This document shows positions 48,089-62,507 of a stretch of 64,000 bases of DNA, one piece after another. How positions within the stretch are numbered: position 1 is the first letter of the stretch; every line of letters starts with the position of its first letter. The translations under genes and the position numbers were made by a program. This DNA is from Octopus sinensis (Eukaryota): contig NC_043013.1 in the NCBI RefSeq assembly GCF_006345805.1, forward strand, positions 4,898,001-4,962,000. The letters are read 5' to 3'. Below the pieces are notes generated by a model that was given only the letters and a program-made list of their open reading frames with translations, did no database searches and was not told where the DNA came from.

Positions 48089-49927
48089 GAGTTGACGTGG
48101 AGCTAAAGTTTGTAGGTTTGTAGCTAGGATAAGTTATGTCGTTGTCTAACTGGAAATAAAGCGAAGCTAGGGCCGCTGTGTTGCTATATGGCAGCAACGG
48201 GGATATCAGAATGTAACGGTAGATTAATGTCTAATCTAACTGGCTGACTATTGTTGACTTCACTACAATCACACACTCACGCTTCCTCTCTCTCTTTAAA
48301 CATATATAAAGCCTCGAAATCTCAACTGGTGCCATTTGCAGACCAATTTTCTACGTCACATGGTTCTCTTTAAGGAGTCCAAGCTGTCCCACTTATTAAT
48401 TAGTTGAAATCTGACATCATTTACGTCAGACTCTCCTTATTCACGTTGACGCAGTTTTAAGAATCAAAGACGTTGGCAGCTTCGAGAAATAAATATTCTT
48501 CTCTATTCATTATCATTATTATTATTATTATTATTACTTTTTTTCTATTTTCCTTTTCTTATAAACAGGATGTTCGCTTTATTTTCTTCTTCATCAAAAA
48601 GGATGAAATTGGGGAAAAAAAAACCCAATTGTTTCCTTTTTATTTCCCCTTCACTCCTTCTCTACCCCCTCTCTCACTTTCTCTCTGTCTGTCTCTCTTT
48701 CTCTCTCTCTATCTCCTTTTTTTTGTTTTGTTTTGTTTTCCTTTTTCTACCCGAAATAGTTGTCCTGTGACGTCATGTCTCTTCTGCCATTATGTCTGTA
48801 ATTGTAGGCGCTACGTATTACTACGTTTTATATTTGGGTTGATGAAAGCAGCGGTGGTTCACTTACTCTTTTCTCTGAAACTATTTTTGGTCAATATTCT
48901 TGGACGAAGTGTTTTGGCATTTATATTTTCTTTGTTTGTTTCTTTTTTTTCTGCTTTTCTTGCTTTTTTTCGTTGTTTGGTTATTCAATAAAAATAAGGA
49001 AATTAAAGCGTTCTGTACCCATCCCCCCCCGTATCCCACACGCACTTAGACGCACTCATACATACATGGACACAAGCACACAGACACACTATGGCATACT
49101 ACCACTTCAGCATACACACACACACATGCACTAACATAACCATCCTTACATACAAACACACACACACAAACACACACATACTAACATAACTGACCACACA
49201 CACAAACACACACACACATACCATACACACACACGCTAAGATAACCGACTACACACACACACACACACATACAGACATACACACACCATACTAATATAAC
49301 CGACCACACACACAAACACACACACACACACACCACACTAACATAACCGACTACACACACACACGCACACACATATACACCCATATATACACACTAACAT
49401 AACCGACCACACAACAACACACAAATACACACCCACATGCACACGTCACATTATCATAACCGCGCGCACGCACACACACACACACACACTCATGCACACA
49501 CACACACACTCATGCACACACACACACATGCACACACACACACACTCATGCACTCACACACACACACACACACATGCACTCACACACACACACACTCATG
49601 CACTCTCACACACACACACACGAGGCATTGTTGAAAATGTAGGAAGATCAGTTAATTATGATTTTATTCAATATATTCCCTTCTCAGATTCACACAATTA
49701 TTGCAGAGGTCCTTCAGTTTTTCTAAGCCCTGCAAAAAGGAACTCGGGAGGTTGGGCCTTTCAGCACCATTTAAGCACCCACTCCACTCCCCTCCCATAC
49801 CACACTCACTAGCATACCCATGCACTCGCCTTCCCTACTTACATCATGCGGACGTACCAACACCCACCAGACACTCGAATATGCCACCTACTCACACACA
49901 CACACACACGCACACACACACACGCAC

Positions 49928-49985
<58 letters not shown>

Positions 49986-51596
49986 ACATTTGTTTGGTTG
50001 ATTTTAAACATGTCCAAAAATGTTGGACTCCAAGATGTCGGCATAAATCTTGACTAGTTATGATTAGCGTCTGTTAAAGTCATCGTTGAAGTTACTGCTA
50101 ATTAAAGTATCGTTAATTAAATGTGTTGTTAATTAAAAGGTATTGTGGTATTCTTTTATTCTTTTACTCTTTTACTTGTTTCAGGCATTTGACTGCGGCC
50201 ATGCTAGAGCACCGCTTTTAGTCGAGCAAATCGACCCCCAGGACTTATTCTTTGTAAGCCTAGTACTTATTCGATCGGTCGCTTATTACCAAACCGCTAA
50301 GTTACGGAGACGTAAACACACCGGCATCGGTTGTGAAGTGATGGTGGGGGGACAAACACAAACATACACACACATACACACACACACACACATGTATATA
50401 TGTGTGTGTGTGTAGAGAGAGAGAGAGAGGGCGAGAGAGACGGGCTTCTTTCAGTTTCCGTCTACCAATCCAATCACAAGGCTTTGGTCGGCCCGAGGCT
50501 ATAGTAGAAGACACTTGCCTGAGGTGCTACGCAGTGGAACTGAACCCGGAACCGTGTGGTTGGGAAGCAAGCTACTTACCACACAGTCACTCCAGTGCCT
50601 ATATAAAGCTTTAATTAGATTATTGTTAATTAAGGTTATCATTAATTCAAGTTACAACTAATTAATTTTATTAAGGCGGCGAGTTGGTAGAATCATTAGC
50701 TTGCCGGACAAAATTCTTAGCGGCATTTCGTCCGTCTTTACCTTCTAACTTCAAATTCCCCTGAAGTCGACTTTGACTTTCATTTTTTTTTCGGGGTCTA
50801 TAAAATAAATACCAGTCGATCACTGGTGTCGATGTAATCGACTTAGCAACTCCCACGAATTTTCTGGCCTTGTGCCAAAATTTGAAACCATTACTAATTA
50901 AAGCTATCGCTATTTAAAATTGACTGTGATAAAATTTACCATTAATTAAAACTGCTGTTAAATTACTATTATTGCTAATTAAATTTACTATTAATTAATT
51001 TTGTAAATTAAAGTTATTGGAATGTAATATTGTTAATTAAAACGAAGTTTGATTAAATTCACCATTAATTTATTGTTAATTAAAGTTATTAATTTTTCTA
51101 GATTTATTATTAATAAAAGTTATCCTTAATTAAAGTTGCCATAAATTAAAGTAATAACTAACTAAATTATTTTTAATTAAAGTTATTGTTGTATAGAGCT
51201 GTCGTTAAATTTATTGTAGGAGTCATCATTAATTAAAGATACCCTTAATTAAAGTTAACGTCGTATAAAATTAATTAGAGTTAAGTTATTGTTAATAAAA
51301 GTTGTTATTAATAAAAAACTTCTTAATTAACTTTATAGTTGATTAATGTTGCCATAAATATAAATTATTGGTAGTTATAATTAATCAACACTATTGAATT
51401 TCTTTACTATGTTTCAGTCATTTGACTGCAGCCATGCTGGAGCACCGCCTTTAGTCGAGCAAATCGACCCCAGGACTTATTCTTTGTAAGCCTAGTACTT
51501 ATTCGATCGGTCGCTTATTGCCAAACCGCTAAGTTACGGAGACGTAAACACACCGGCGTCGGTTATCAAGCGATGTTGGGGGAACAAACATAGACA

Positions 51597-51639
<43 letters not shown>

Positions 51640-53019
51640 ACACACACACATATATATATACGACGGGCTTCTTTCAGTTTCCGTCTACCAAATCCACTTA
51701 CAAGGCTTTGGTCGGCCCGAGGCTATAGAAGAAGACACTTGCCCAATGTGCCACGCAGTGGGACTGAACCCAGAACCATGTAGTTGGTAAGCAAGCTACT
51801 TACCACACAGCCACTCCTGCGCCTATGAATAAAGATCAACAGATAATTATCGGATGAATGAGTGATTTGAATCCTCTGTCACCTATACAACGATATACGA
51901 CCAGCATATTTAAAACTCAGCCGCTCAGTCTACTTGGTTGTCATAAGGTACCACATGATGGAGAGGCTTACCGTTGAAAGTAGTGGTGGTAATATAAACT
52001 TTATCAGGATTACGTTAGTTTGCAGTGCTGGGCCCGAATCTTTGGGTCAGAGTATACCAACATTATTCTTTTTCTACAACTAGCTCCATCACACTAGAGT
52101 AGATCTCAAAATAAAGAAACCATAGGTGCTGCACATCAAACCCCCCAGAACTCTTGCACAACCAGATAAGTTGTACTTTCCTGATAAATGACAATGAATT
52201 ATGTAGGAGAAATATTTAGCAATCGAATCCGGATTACTATATCCGATGCAAAAGAAAAACAGTAACTTAAGAGTACGATCGCGATTTGTTAGAATATTAC
52301 CAACGTCATAAAAAAATCTGACCTTTCAAGACTTCGTGTGGAACCGGATCTTACAATAATTTCATCTTTGGCACACTTTTTCTGAATGAGACCACCACTA
52401 TGTATTTAGTGTATGTTAGCCGCTATGCACAGAGAGTGGACGGCAGACATCAGAGAGTTAGCAGAACCAGCAACTGACTAGAGCGCTGTGACACTACAAA
52501 ACAATGAACGGGCGGCAATAGTAACACATAATGATCAGCTAACACCATGAGAGCGACTACTATAATACCTATTTCTTTACTACCCACAAGGGGATAAACA
52601 CAGAGGGGACAAATAAGGACTGACAAACGGATTAAGTCGATTATATCGACACCAGTGCGTAACTGGTACTTATTTAATCGACCACGAAAGGATGAAAGGC
52701 AAAGTCGACTTGAACCTAGAACGTAGCGGTAGACGCAATACCGCTGAGCATTTCGTCCGACGCGCTAACGTTTCTGCCAGCTCACCGCCTTCTATAATAC
52801 TACTATAATAACTATAATACCTCGTCTAATAGCAATAAATTTCGAACTTTCTTGGTGCTTGTCGTTTGTGGTAACTACATTTTGTTGTTTATGATAAGAA
52901 TAAATATTTTTTCATAAAAAATCTCAGATTTCAATGTTCTTTATTGTAACGTTTACTAATTGTCAGGTGATCTAAAAAAACACTGCTTCAAGATCCGGTT
53001 TTGAGATATTCTGACCAAA

Positions 53020-53046
53020 AATGGCCAAAGGAGGAGTCCCACATAT

Positions 53047-53085
<39 letters not shown>

Positions 53086-53291
53086 TGTACACATTTCCAC
53101 ATACACACACACACACACATTTCCACATACACTTGCACAGATACACTAACACAGACACACACCCCACACACATTTAAACACATACAGAACACACACAAAC
53201 ACTTTGCACGCATCCACAACAAAAGTATGAGTGTGTGTATGTGAAATATAAGAATGTGTGTGCGTGCGTGCGTGTGTGTTTGTGTGTGTGC

Positions 53292-53343
<52 letters not shown>

Positions 53344-54239
53344 CTGTGTAGTAAGTAGCTTGCTAACCAACCACGTGGTTCCGGGTTCAGTCCCACTGCG
53401 TGGCACCTTGGGCAAGTGTCTTCTGCTATAGCCCCGGGGCGACCAATGTCTTGTGAGTGGATTTGGTAGACGGAAACTGAAAGAAGCCTGTCGTATATAT
53501 GTATATATATATATGTATGTGTGTCTGTGTTTGTCCCTCTAGCATTGCTTGACAACCGATGCTGGTGTGTTTACGTCCCCATAACTTAGCGGTTCGGCAA
53601 AAGAGACCAATAGAATAAGTACTGGGCTTACAAAGAATAAGTCCCGGGGTCGATTTGCTCGACTAAAGGCGGTGCTCCAGCATGGTCGCAGTCAAATAAC
53701 TGAAACAAGCAAGAGAGTAAAAGAGTAAAGAGTACACACATACACACACACACACACACACATACACACACACATACACACACACATACACACACACACA
53801 CACAACACATACACTCAATTCCACACACGCGCAGGCACTCATAAATATTACCAGGTTAGATGTTGTCTTGATTATGTCTAAGACAAGAAACAGGATACAG
53901 TTTCATGTTTCTTCTTATCCTCTTCGTTTTCTCTTTCTTCTTTCTGTTTGTTGTTGTTGTTGTTCTTCTTCTTCTTCTTCACCTCCCTCCTCCGCCTTCT
54001 CCTCCTCCCTCTTTCTTTAAGACAGTTTCCATTTATTTATTTATTTATTTATTTATTTATTCGTTCATCCCTTCAATGAATGCCGATGGAAGTCCGATAA
54101 AAGTCCAGCTGAACGAGGTCAACCGTCCAAGAACCAAAAACACTGCACCAAACGACCAACTGAAATAACACAGCATTTGCCACCCCCACCTCGCCCTCTT
54201 CTTCTTCCTCCCCTCCACTCTCTCTACTTCTCTCTCTCT

Positions 54240-54285
<46 letters not shown>

Positions 54286-54452
54286 CAGTCTCTCTCCCCA
54301 TCCATTCTCCAAAACACAAAGAAGGCCTATATATCATGCCATGTATTTCTAGACACCTCTCGACTCTCGTGTACCTTATATAACATTAAACGTGCCTGTA
54401 ATATTAGTAAGATGTATACGAACATGCCGTAGACATGCACGAATTAGTGTGT

Positions 54453-54523
<71 letters not shown>

Positions 54524-54586
54524 TGTGTGTGCACGAACACATGTGCGTGTGTGTGTGTGTAAATATATATGTAGATATGTGTGGAT

Positions 54587-54629
<43 letters not shown>

Positions 54630-54770
54630 TATATAGGTATACATATATTTGTAGATATGTATAGGTATACATACGCACACACACAGACACAGACACACAA
54701 ATATAGATGCATATAAGCATACGTATATTCATAAGTATATCATAAGTATGTGTGTACATATTTTATGTCC

Positions 54771-54807
<37 letters not shown>

Positions 54808-54844
54808 GTGTGTGTGTATGTGTGTTGTGTGTGTGGTGTGGGTG

Positions 54845-54879
<35 letters not shown>

Positions 54880-54943
54880 TGTGTGTGCACGAACACATGT
54901 GCGTGTGTGTGTGTGTAAATATAATGTAGATATGTGTGGATGG

Positions 54944-54989
<46 letters not shown>

Positions 54990-55669
54990 TTTTGTAGATA
55001 TGTATAGGTATATACGCACACACACACAGACACAGACACACAAATATAGATGCATATAAGCATACGTATATTCATAAGTATATCATAAGTAGTGTGTACA
55101 TATTTTATGTCCATATATATAATATATATATATATATGTGTGTGTGTGTGTTGTGTGTGTATCTAAGTATGCATATATATGTGTGTATATGTCTATGTAT
55201 ATATATGTATCTAGATATATATATATATATAAGTATGCATATATATGTGTGTATATGTGTATATATCTATGTATATATATATATATATATATAAGTATGA
55301 TATATATGTGTATAGTGTATATATCTATCTATGTTATATTATATGTATATATATATACATATATACTATTATATATATATACATATATATATATATATTG
55401 TGTGTGTGTGTGTGTATGTATGCACTTTTTTATTCTTTTATTTGTTTCAGTCATTTTACTGCGGCCATGCTGGAACATCGCCTTTAGTCGAACAAATCGA
55501 TCCAGGAATTTTTCTAAGCCTATTAATTATTCTATCGGTTTCTTTTACCTAACCGCTAAGTTACGGGGACAGAGACACACCAACATCTGTTGTCAAGCGA
55601 TGGTGGTGAGACAAACACAGACACAGAAACATAGACACACATACACACACTCACACACACACACATACG

Positions 55670-55765
<96 letters not shown>

Positions 55766-55770
55766 CGACG
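53020..55770. repeat. Compound (CA/TG/TA)n microsatellite field with a duplication of about 340 bp (54380-55110)
   Basis: AAATATAGATGCATATAAGCATACG occurs at both 54699 and 55042. Confidence 0.85.
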
Positions 55771-56088
55771 GGCTTCTTTCAGCTTTCATCTACCAAATCC
55801 ACTCACAAGGCTTTGGTCAACCCAAGGCTATAGTAGAAGGCACTGGCTCAAGGTGCCTTGCAGTGGGACTGAACCAGGAAGCATGTGGTTGGTTAGCAAG
55901 CTTCTTACCACACAGCCACACACACTAGCGTAGCAAGGGGTGTAGGGGCGGTCCACACGGGCAGCACTTTAAAAGGGGCAGCATTTTTGGGTCTGCTGTA
56001 GGCAATGTGTTTTTTGGGGTGTTCAGGGGCGACACACACTCTAGCTATGCTTGTGCACACACACACACACACACACACAACACACATA

Positions 56089-56142
<54 letters not shown>

Positions 56143-56329
56143 TAGAGAGAGAGAAAAGGGAAAGACCGAGAGAGAGAAACCGAGAGATGAGACCGTGAGA
56201 GAGGAGACCAGAAAGTTACTGTTGTTCTCTGGCAGAGAGACGACTGCCGGCATTAAATTTTGTGACACCCTTTATCAACAACTAATTAACCAATTAACAG
56301 TAACATCTAATGACTATGGAATATATACT

Positions 56330-56800
56330 AAGATAATATCTTCCGGCGACGGGTTATAATTACGCTGAAGAGTTTTATGGAGTGAAACCTCCCGCTTCCC
56401 TGGGCATGGACACATTAAAGCTTCGTCTCAAAACTCCACAAGATTATCCACCAGCCTTCCCAAAACAATTTGGGGCATCTTTTTTGCATTCGACATGTCT
56501 AACGCTCGTGGTCATGCTACAAACATTAAGAATCAACACAACACTCTTGACTTTCAGAAACATTTTTTCACACTCAGAATTGCTGAAGTATGGAATAAAC
56601 TACCCTTATCGGTGTTGGGACACAGCGTCCTTCAAAACTTCCATGCTTCTCGAAATTTGTCAAAAGTACACCTGGTTTTTCCCACCACCCGCTTTTTTTT
56701 TAACGACATTCACTGTTCACTTCCTGTGCGTATTCTATGTACTGTTTATTCACTTTTGGCTACTCTTCCCTGACGAGTCGTAGTGCACCTGAGCATTGTA
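56330..56800 (+). mobile_element. CR1/L2-clade LINE 3' end
   Basis: ARGHA...DFQKHFFTLRIAEVWNKLP. Confidence 0.75.
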
Positions 56801-57468
56801 TACAGTAATTTTATTGTTCATATTATTTTTATGACGTTCCTCTATCTTTAAGATAGCGTGTTTTCATTTGAATGAAATATTTTCGTGGGCGTATCTTGAG
56901 AGAGGCAATTGCAAAGTTGGGAACCACATGCTAGTGCTTTCGTATTAAAGCTTCCCGAAGAACCATCGAGTACCATCAACGTTTAATAACTTTTAAAAAT
57001 ATGAATTCTGCGTGGTTGTATCGTTTACTACAGCGACGACATAGCATGGTACCAGTTGATGCGATTAATCACTTAAAACGTTTTCAAGGTTAGACATCTT
57101 GACAGCAATTAAAATTTTGCTAGTATTAAAACTTAAAAACAATGTCACGCCAACATATCTTCTATCGTTTGCTTTTTGTTTTCCTTTGACATGTTGAAAA
57201 CATCGAGGCGTTCAGAAATTATACAATCAAATAGTTCTATAAGTTAACGGACAAATAGTAGCATATTTGTATAATTAAATAGTTATAGAGTGGAATCCAT
57301 TAATATAATTGACAGTGTGCCTCCTTTTCTCTGTCCATCTTCAATCCATCGATCCGTTCATCCATCCATCCACCCAACCAACCAGCTAGCCATACATATA
57401 TGCATATATACAAACATATGCATATATGTATGTATGTATTTATGTGTGTGTATGCTAATGTATGTATG

Positions 57469-57550
<82 letters not shown>

Positions 57551-57599
57551 CATACATATACATATATATAGAATAGAAATATTATTTCTAAATCTCTCA

Positions 57600-58345
57600 A
57601 AGAGGGAAATTCAGTAACTGTTCTTCAAAGTGTTTATCTGGGATTTCTTGAAAAAATTTGTTCAAAGACTTCTTGAACTTTATGGGGTCTGTTTCTGTTT
57701 TGGTGTAATGTTAAAGAGAGTGGGGCCAATTGAGGTGAAATAATTGAGCCATATTTTTGTTATGTGATGCGAGTATGATTTATGCTGTGGGCGGATGGCA
57801 CGGGGTCCAAGTCTTGGGTGTATCTTAAAGGTGATGCCAACATCATTTGGGCAATGCTGAGGGAATATTTTCCACATTAGGCAGATGATGCAGCGTACTC
57901 GGCAGTTTGGGGAGAAGAAAGCTTAAGCTTTTCTAGTCGACCCCCAATAGTCTTTGAGGTGCTTCAACTTTCATGATACTTTGTTTCGTGTGGGGAGACC
58001 ACAATGGACAACAGTATTCAAGGTGGGGTCGGGCAAACGTGTAGAAGAGAAAGATAATGGTCTGGATATCTCTCGACTGGAAGGTTCTGATACTCCAGGA
58101 ACACATTCCGCGGGCCATGTCACCTTTGCTATTTATATGAGCGGCCCAGCTTATGTTGTTGTTCACAATTACTCCCAAGTCTCTGATGTTGTTGGATGTC
58201 ACGAGAGTTTTATCTGAAGGAAGGGAGTGCGGGAGTTTCAGGATATTCTCTTTTCCGAAGTGGATTAACTCAAATGTGTCCTCGTTCAGCAGCATATTCT
58301 TTTCCGGCCATTGGATGACAGCCAGTAGATCTGACTGAAGGCATA
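57600..58345 (-). mobile_element. CR1/Jockey-group LINE, RT C-terminal fragment
   Basis: LNEDTFELIHFG...IRDLGVIV...ARPHLEYCCPLWSP. Confidence 0.8.
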
Positions 58346-58582
58346 CCTATTTCTTTACTTACCCACAAGGGACTAAACACAGAGGGGACAAACAGGGACA
58401 GACAAACGGATTAAGTCGATTATATCGACCCCAGTGCGTAATTGGCACTTAATTTATCGACCCCAAAAGGATGAAAGGCAAAGTCGACCTCGGCGGAATT
58501 TGAACTCACAGCGTAACGGCAGACGAAATACGGCTACGCATTTCGCCCGGCGTGCTAACGTTTCTGCCAGCTCGCCGCCTCG

Positions 58583-58624
<42 letters not shown>

Positions 58625-59144
58625 ACCTTCCTCTCTCTCACTCTCTCTCAATGTATGTATATATATGTATAAATGTCTACCACTCGCCATGTGTGAACTG
58701 TCGCCAGTTGACAGACATTAGCAACAAAATTCACAACTATAATCCTAACACCAAACCATTTGAGTAACATTACCATTTATCTGACATCACATCGAACTGT
58801 ACCCATTGACACGACTGACATAGCGCTGGTGAGAGTCTAAGAAACTTAATCTTTAGATTCGTGAGAACGTTCCCCACTTCGATATTAATCTACGACTGCC
58901 TTATTCTTTGTTGTACAAATTACTGACGTTCGATAATCAATTCTTAAGATTCGGATGTCGCCTTTAGCTGAGAAAAGTGTCTGATAGCAAAGTATACACA
59001 TATATGTACAATGAGGACACGTGGCTTAGTGGTTCGGGTGCGCGGCTCACGTTCGTGTGTTCGACACCGCTAAGTTGCGGGGACGTAAACACACCAATAC
59101 CGGTTATCAAGCGGTGATGAAACACACACACACACACACACACA

Positions 59145-59177
<33 letters not shown>

Positions 59178-59198
59178 GTACATACATACATACATACA

Positions 59199-59277
<79 letters not shown>

Positions 59278-59364
59278 ACACGCTTTATCATTAAAGCTGC
59301 AATAACATCACACAAATATCACAAAAAAACTGCTACTCAGAGTTTCATATTCCCGTTCATTGGA

Positions 59365-59406
<42 letters not shown>

Positions 59407-59429
59407 GTGAGTGTATGCGTGTGTATCTA

Positions 59430-59690
59430 TACAGAGTGCAATGGGTAAATAGGGACCATTTAATATTTTTAATATCGCGCATGCGCACTGTTTGTTTTGA
59501 TTTTGTCGACTACACAGTATAGTAGGGTCTGTTGGGCACCGTCGGTGAGAAAACCAGCACTATGATGCAATTAACTCTACCAGAAATTTGGAAACATGTT
59601 GTACTGCTTGGCATTCACACCAGAAGCTTCAATACGAACATTCCAGAGTGTTTGGGTGTCAATCTGAAGACAGTGCAGACACACACACAC
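59430..59690 (+). mobile_element. Tc1/mariner 5' relic
   Basis: TA|CAGAGTG start; decayed HTH-like N-terminus (SECLGVNLKTVQ). Confidence 0.5.
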
Positions 59691-60375
59691 AAAAGATGAG
59701 CTTCTACACAGTTTCCACCTCCCCAATCATCCCCTTACTACGCATTGGTCGGTCTGGGGCTATAAGAGAAGATATTTGCCCTAAGACTGAACTGAAAACC
59801 ATCTCGTTGTAAAGAAAACGTCTTAACCACACAGCTATAAAATCCACCGCCACCACCAACAACAACAATACCATGCCCTCACCAAAAAATCCCCCCCAAA
59901 TCACTTTCTCAAATGCTTCGTGGCGGGATCGAACCTAGGTGTTCGTAACTGCAAAGCGAGCATCTTAAGAATTCGGATCTACAGCAAGCTACAACTATTG
60001 ATCGTCTGGGAGGTTCAAACCTGCCATCTGGAATTGCTGTGTTGTATTATTTAATAACATGTTATACGAAGTCAGGCGTTCTCTCTATATTTATACAATC
60101 TGTAAAATTACTTGGTGAGTGTTTGGTCTTAGATTTTCATTAAAGAAGGAGCGACACGGTACGAATGTTGCCTGCAAAAATTATTTGAAAAAGCCGTGTT
60201 TAGTTTATTCTCACTCTTTGAAGGATTGATCTTCGTTTCTATTTAGATTTACTGATGAGAAATTTACGAGGAGAGGGATTTTTGCCCCCACTTTTCTATT
60301 TGTAGACCAGAACTTAAGTGTTACAAAAGGCATACATACATACGTATACACACACACACAAATATATATATGTAC

Positions 60376-60472
<97 letters not shown>

Positions 60473-60707
60473 CACACACATATAATATATACATATATTA
60501 TATTGTATACATGCATATATGATATATATAATGTATATAATGTACAAATATACATAATACATGTATATACATAAATTATATATATAAATGATACATAATT
60601 ATATATAAGATAAATAATAAGCATTTGTGCGTTTATACACACATACATACAGATATACAATATATATATATATGTGTGTGTACATACCTCTGTGTTTGTA
60701 AATATAT

Positions 60708-60742
<35 letters not shown>

Positions 60743-60964
60743 TACATACATACATATATATATATACACACACACATACATACATTATATATATATATAC
60801 CTATCGTTATATGATCTCGTTTCATTGACTTCTGGAAAACCTGTAATGCTCGTTAGCGATGTGATAGATGAAACGGTATTGAAACATGTCTGTTTTTTAT
60901 TTGGAATTAATAGAGAGAGAACCAGGAAATGGAGAAAACCGGTGAAGGGAAAAAATAGAGACGA

Positions 60965-61009
<45 letters not shown>

Positions 61010-61111
61010 TGCATCTCTCTCTCTCTCTCTCTTTACTTCCTCCCTCTCCTTCTCTCTCTTTACTCCACCCCTCTCTATGTATATATATATATGGGTGTGT
61101 GTCTATATATA

Positions 61112-61428
61112 GACGCGTGGCTTAGTGGTTAGGGCATTCAGCTCACGATTGTAAGGTCGTGAGTTCGATTCCCGGCGACGCGTTGTGTCCTTGAGCAAGA
61201 CACTTTATTTTACGTTGCTCCAGTCCACTCATCTGGCTAAAATGAGTTGTACCTGTATTTCAAAGGGCCGGCCTTGTCACACTCTGTATCTTGCTAAATC
61301 TCCCTGAGAACTAAGTTAGGGGTACACGTGTCTGTGGAGTACTCAGCCACTTGCACGTTAATTTCACGAGCAGGCTGTTCCGTTGATCGTTTCAGCTGGG
61401 ACCCTCGTCGTTGTAACCGACGGAGTGC
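61112..61428 (+). mobile_element. tRNA-derived SINE family D (representative copy)
   Basis: tRNA-like head, GTGTCCTTGAGCAAGACACTT, tail AAGGGTACACGTGTCTGTGGAG...ACCGACGGAGTGC. Copies at about 37380-37720(-), 45380-45620 and 61470-61800. Confidence 0.85.
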
Positions 61429-61802
61429 TCCTTCTTCCTTCTATATATATTGGAGGCGCAATGGCGCAATGGCCCAGTGGCTAGTGCAGCGGACTTGTGG
61501 TCATATGGTTGCGGTTTCGATTCCCAGATCTGGCGTTGTGAATGTTTATTGAGCGAACCCTACTGTACTCTTTCATCACAACTTTCTTTCACCCTTCCTT
61601 CCTGTTTGTGCTGTACCTGTATTTCAAAGGGCCAGCCTTGTCACGCTCTGTGCCACGCTGAATCCCCCCGAGAACGAGAACCACGTTAAGGGTACACGTG
61701 TCTGTGGAGTGCTCAGCAATTTGCACGTTAATTTTATGAGCTGGCTGTTCCATTAATCGGATCAACTGAAACTCCCCTCGTCGTAACCGACGGAGTGCCA
61801 CG

Positions 61803-61887
<85 letters not shown>

Positions 61888-62214
61888 TGTATGTATGTAT
61901 GTGTGTATGTATGTATATCGTTGGTATGATGCAAAAGTGTCGTAAGTCCAAAATGTTGCTTTTTCAGAAAATGGAAAAATAGTTTCACCATTCCATAGCA
62001 AAACCGTTTTACTACACTTTGACAATTTTCGGATATCTTGGCATCTGAAGCAATTGGAGATACGATAGTTTGACCGAAAAGAACCAGCTATTGCAAGTAA
62101 AAATAGAGATTGAAAAGAACGCATTCGGCCATATTTGAACATACGACAGTTTAACATAATAGCAACGATACACACATTCACATGCGTACATATATAGACA
62201 CATGCATACACATA

Positions 62215-62267
<53 letters not shown>

Positions 62268-62334
62268 ATCGCTCGCTCGCTCCTCCTCTCTCTCTCTATC
62301 GCTCGCTCCTCCCTCCCTCTATGCATCTATCTCC

Positions 62335-62490
62335 TCGGTCTAGCAACTCGCCTGGTCCAATGCAACCCTTTCACGCCAAATGTCCCAATTGTCCATAGCA
62401 GTCTTCGTATCCTCAACCTGATAACCAGTGTCCCACACAAGTTGACCCATACCTTTTTTCTACTTGGTCTGCCAATATCCATATTTCAAA
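62335..62490 (-). mobile_element. RTE-like LINE 3' relic adjoining the satellite
   Basis: Degenerate (N)IGRPSRK...DNWDIWRERV-type reading on the - strand. Confidence 0.4.
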
Positions 62491-62507
62491 GCCTGACTTT
62501 CCAGAGA

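Noticed and set aside
61112-61185. tRNA genes (also 59910-59975 and other SINE heads)
   Set aside because: A and B boxes are present but there is no full cloverleaf, and each continues into a SINE body.
45500-62330. Many HT/CV/YI/RE-repeat ORFs
   Set aside because: They are translations of (CA)n, (TG)n, (TA)n and (GA)n microsatellites and SINEs.
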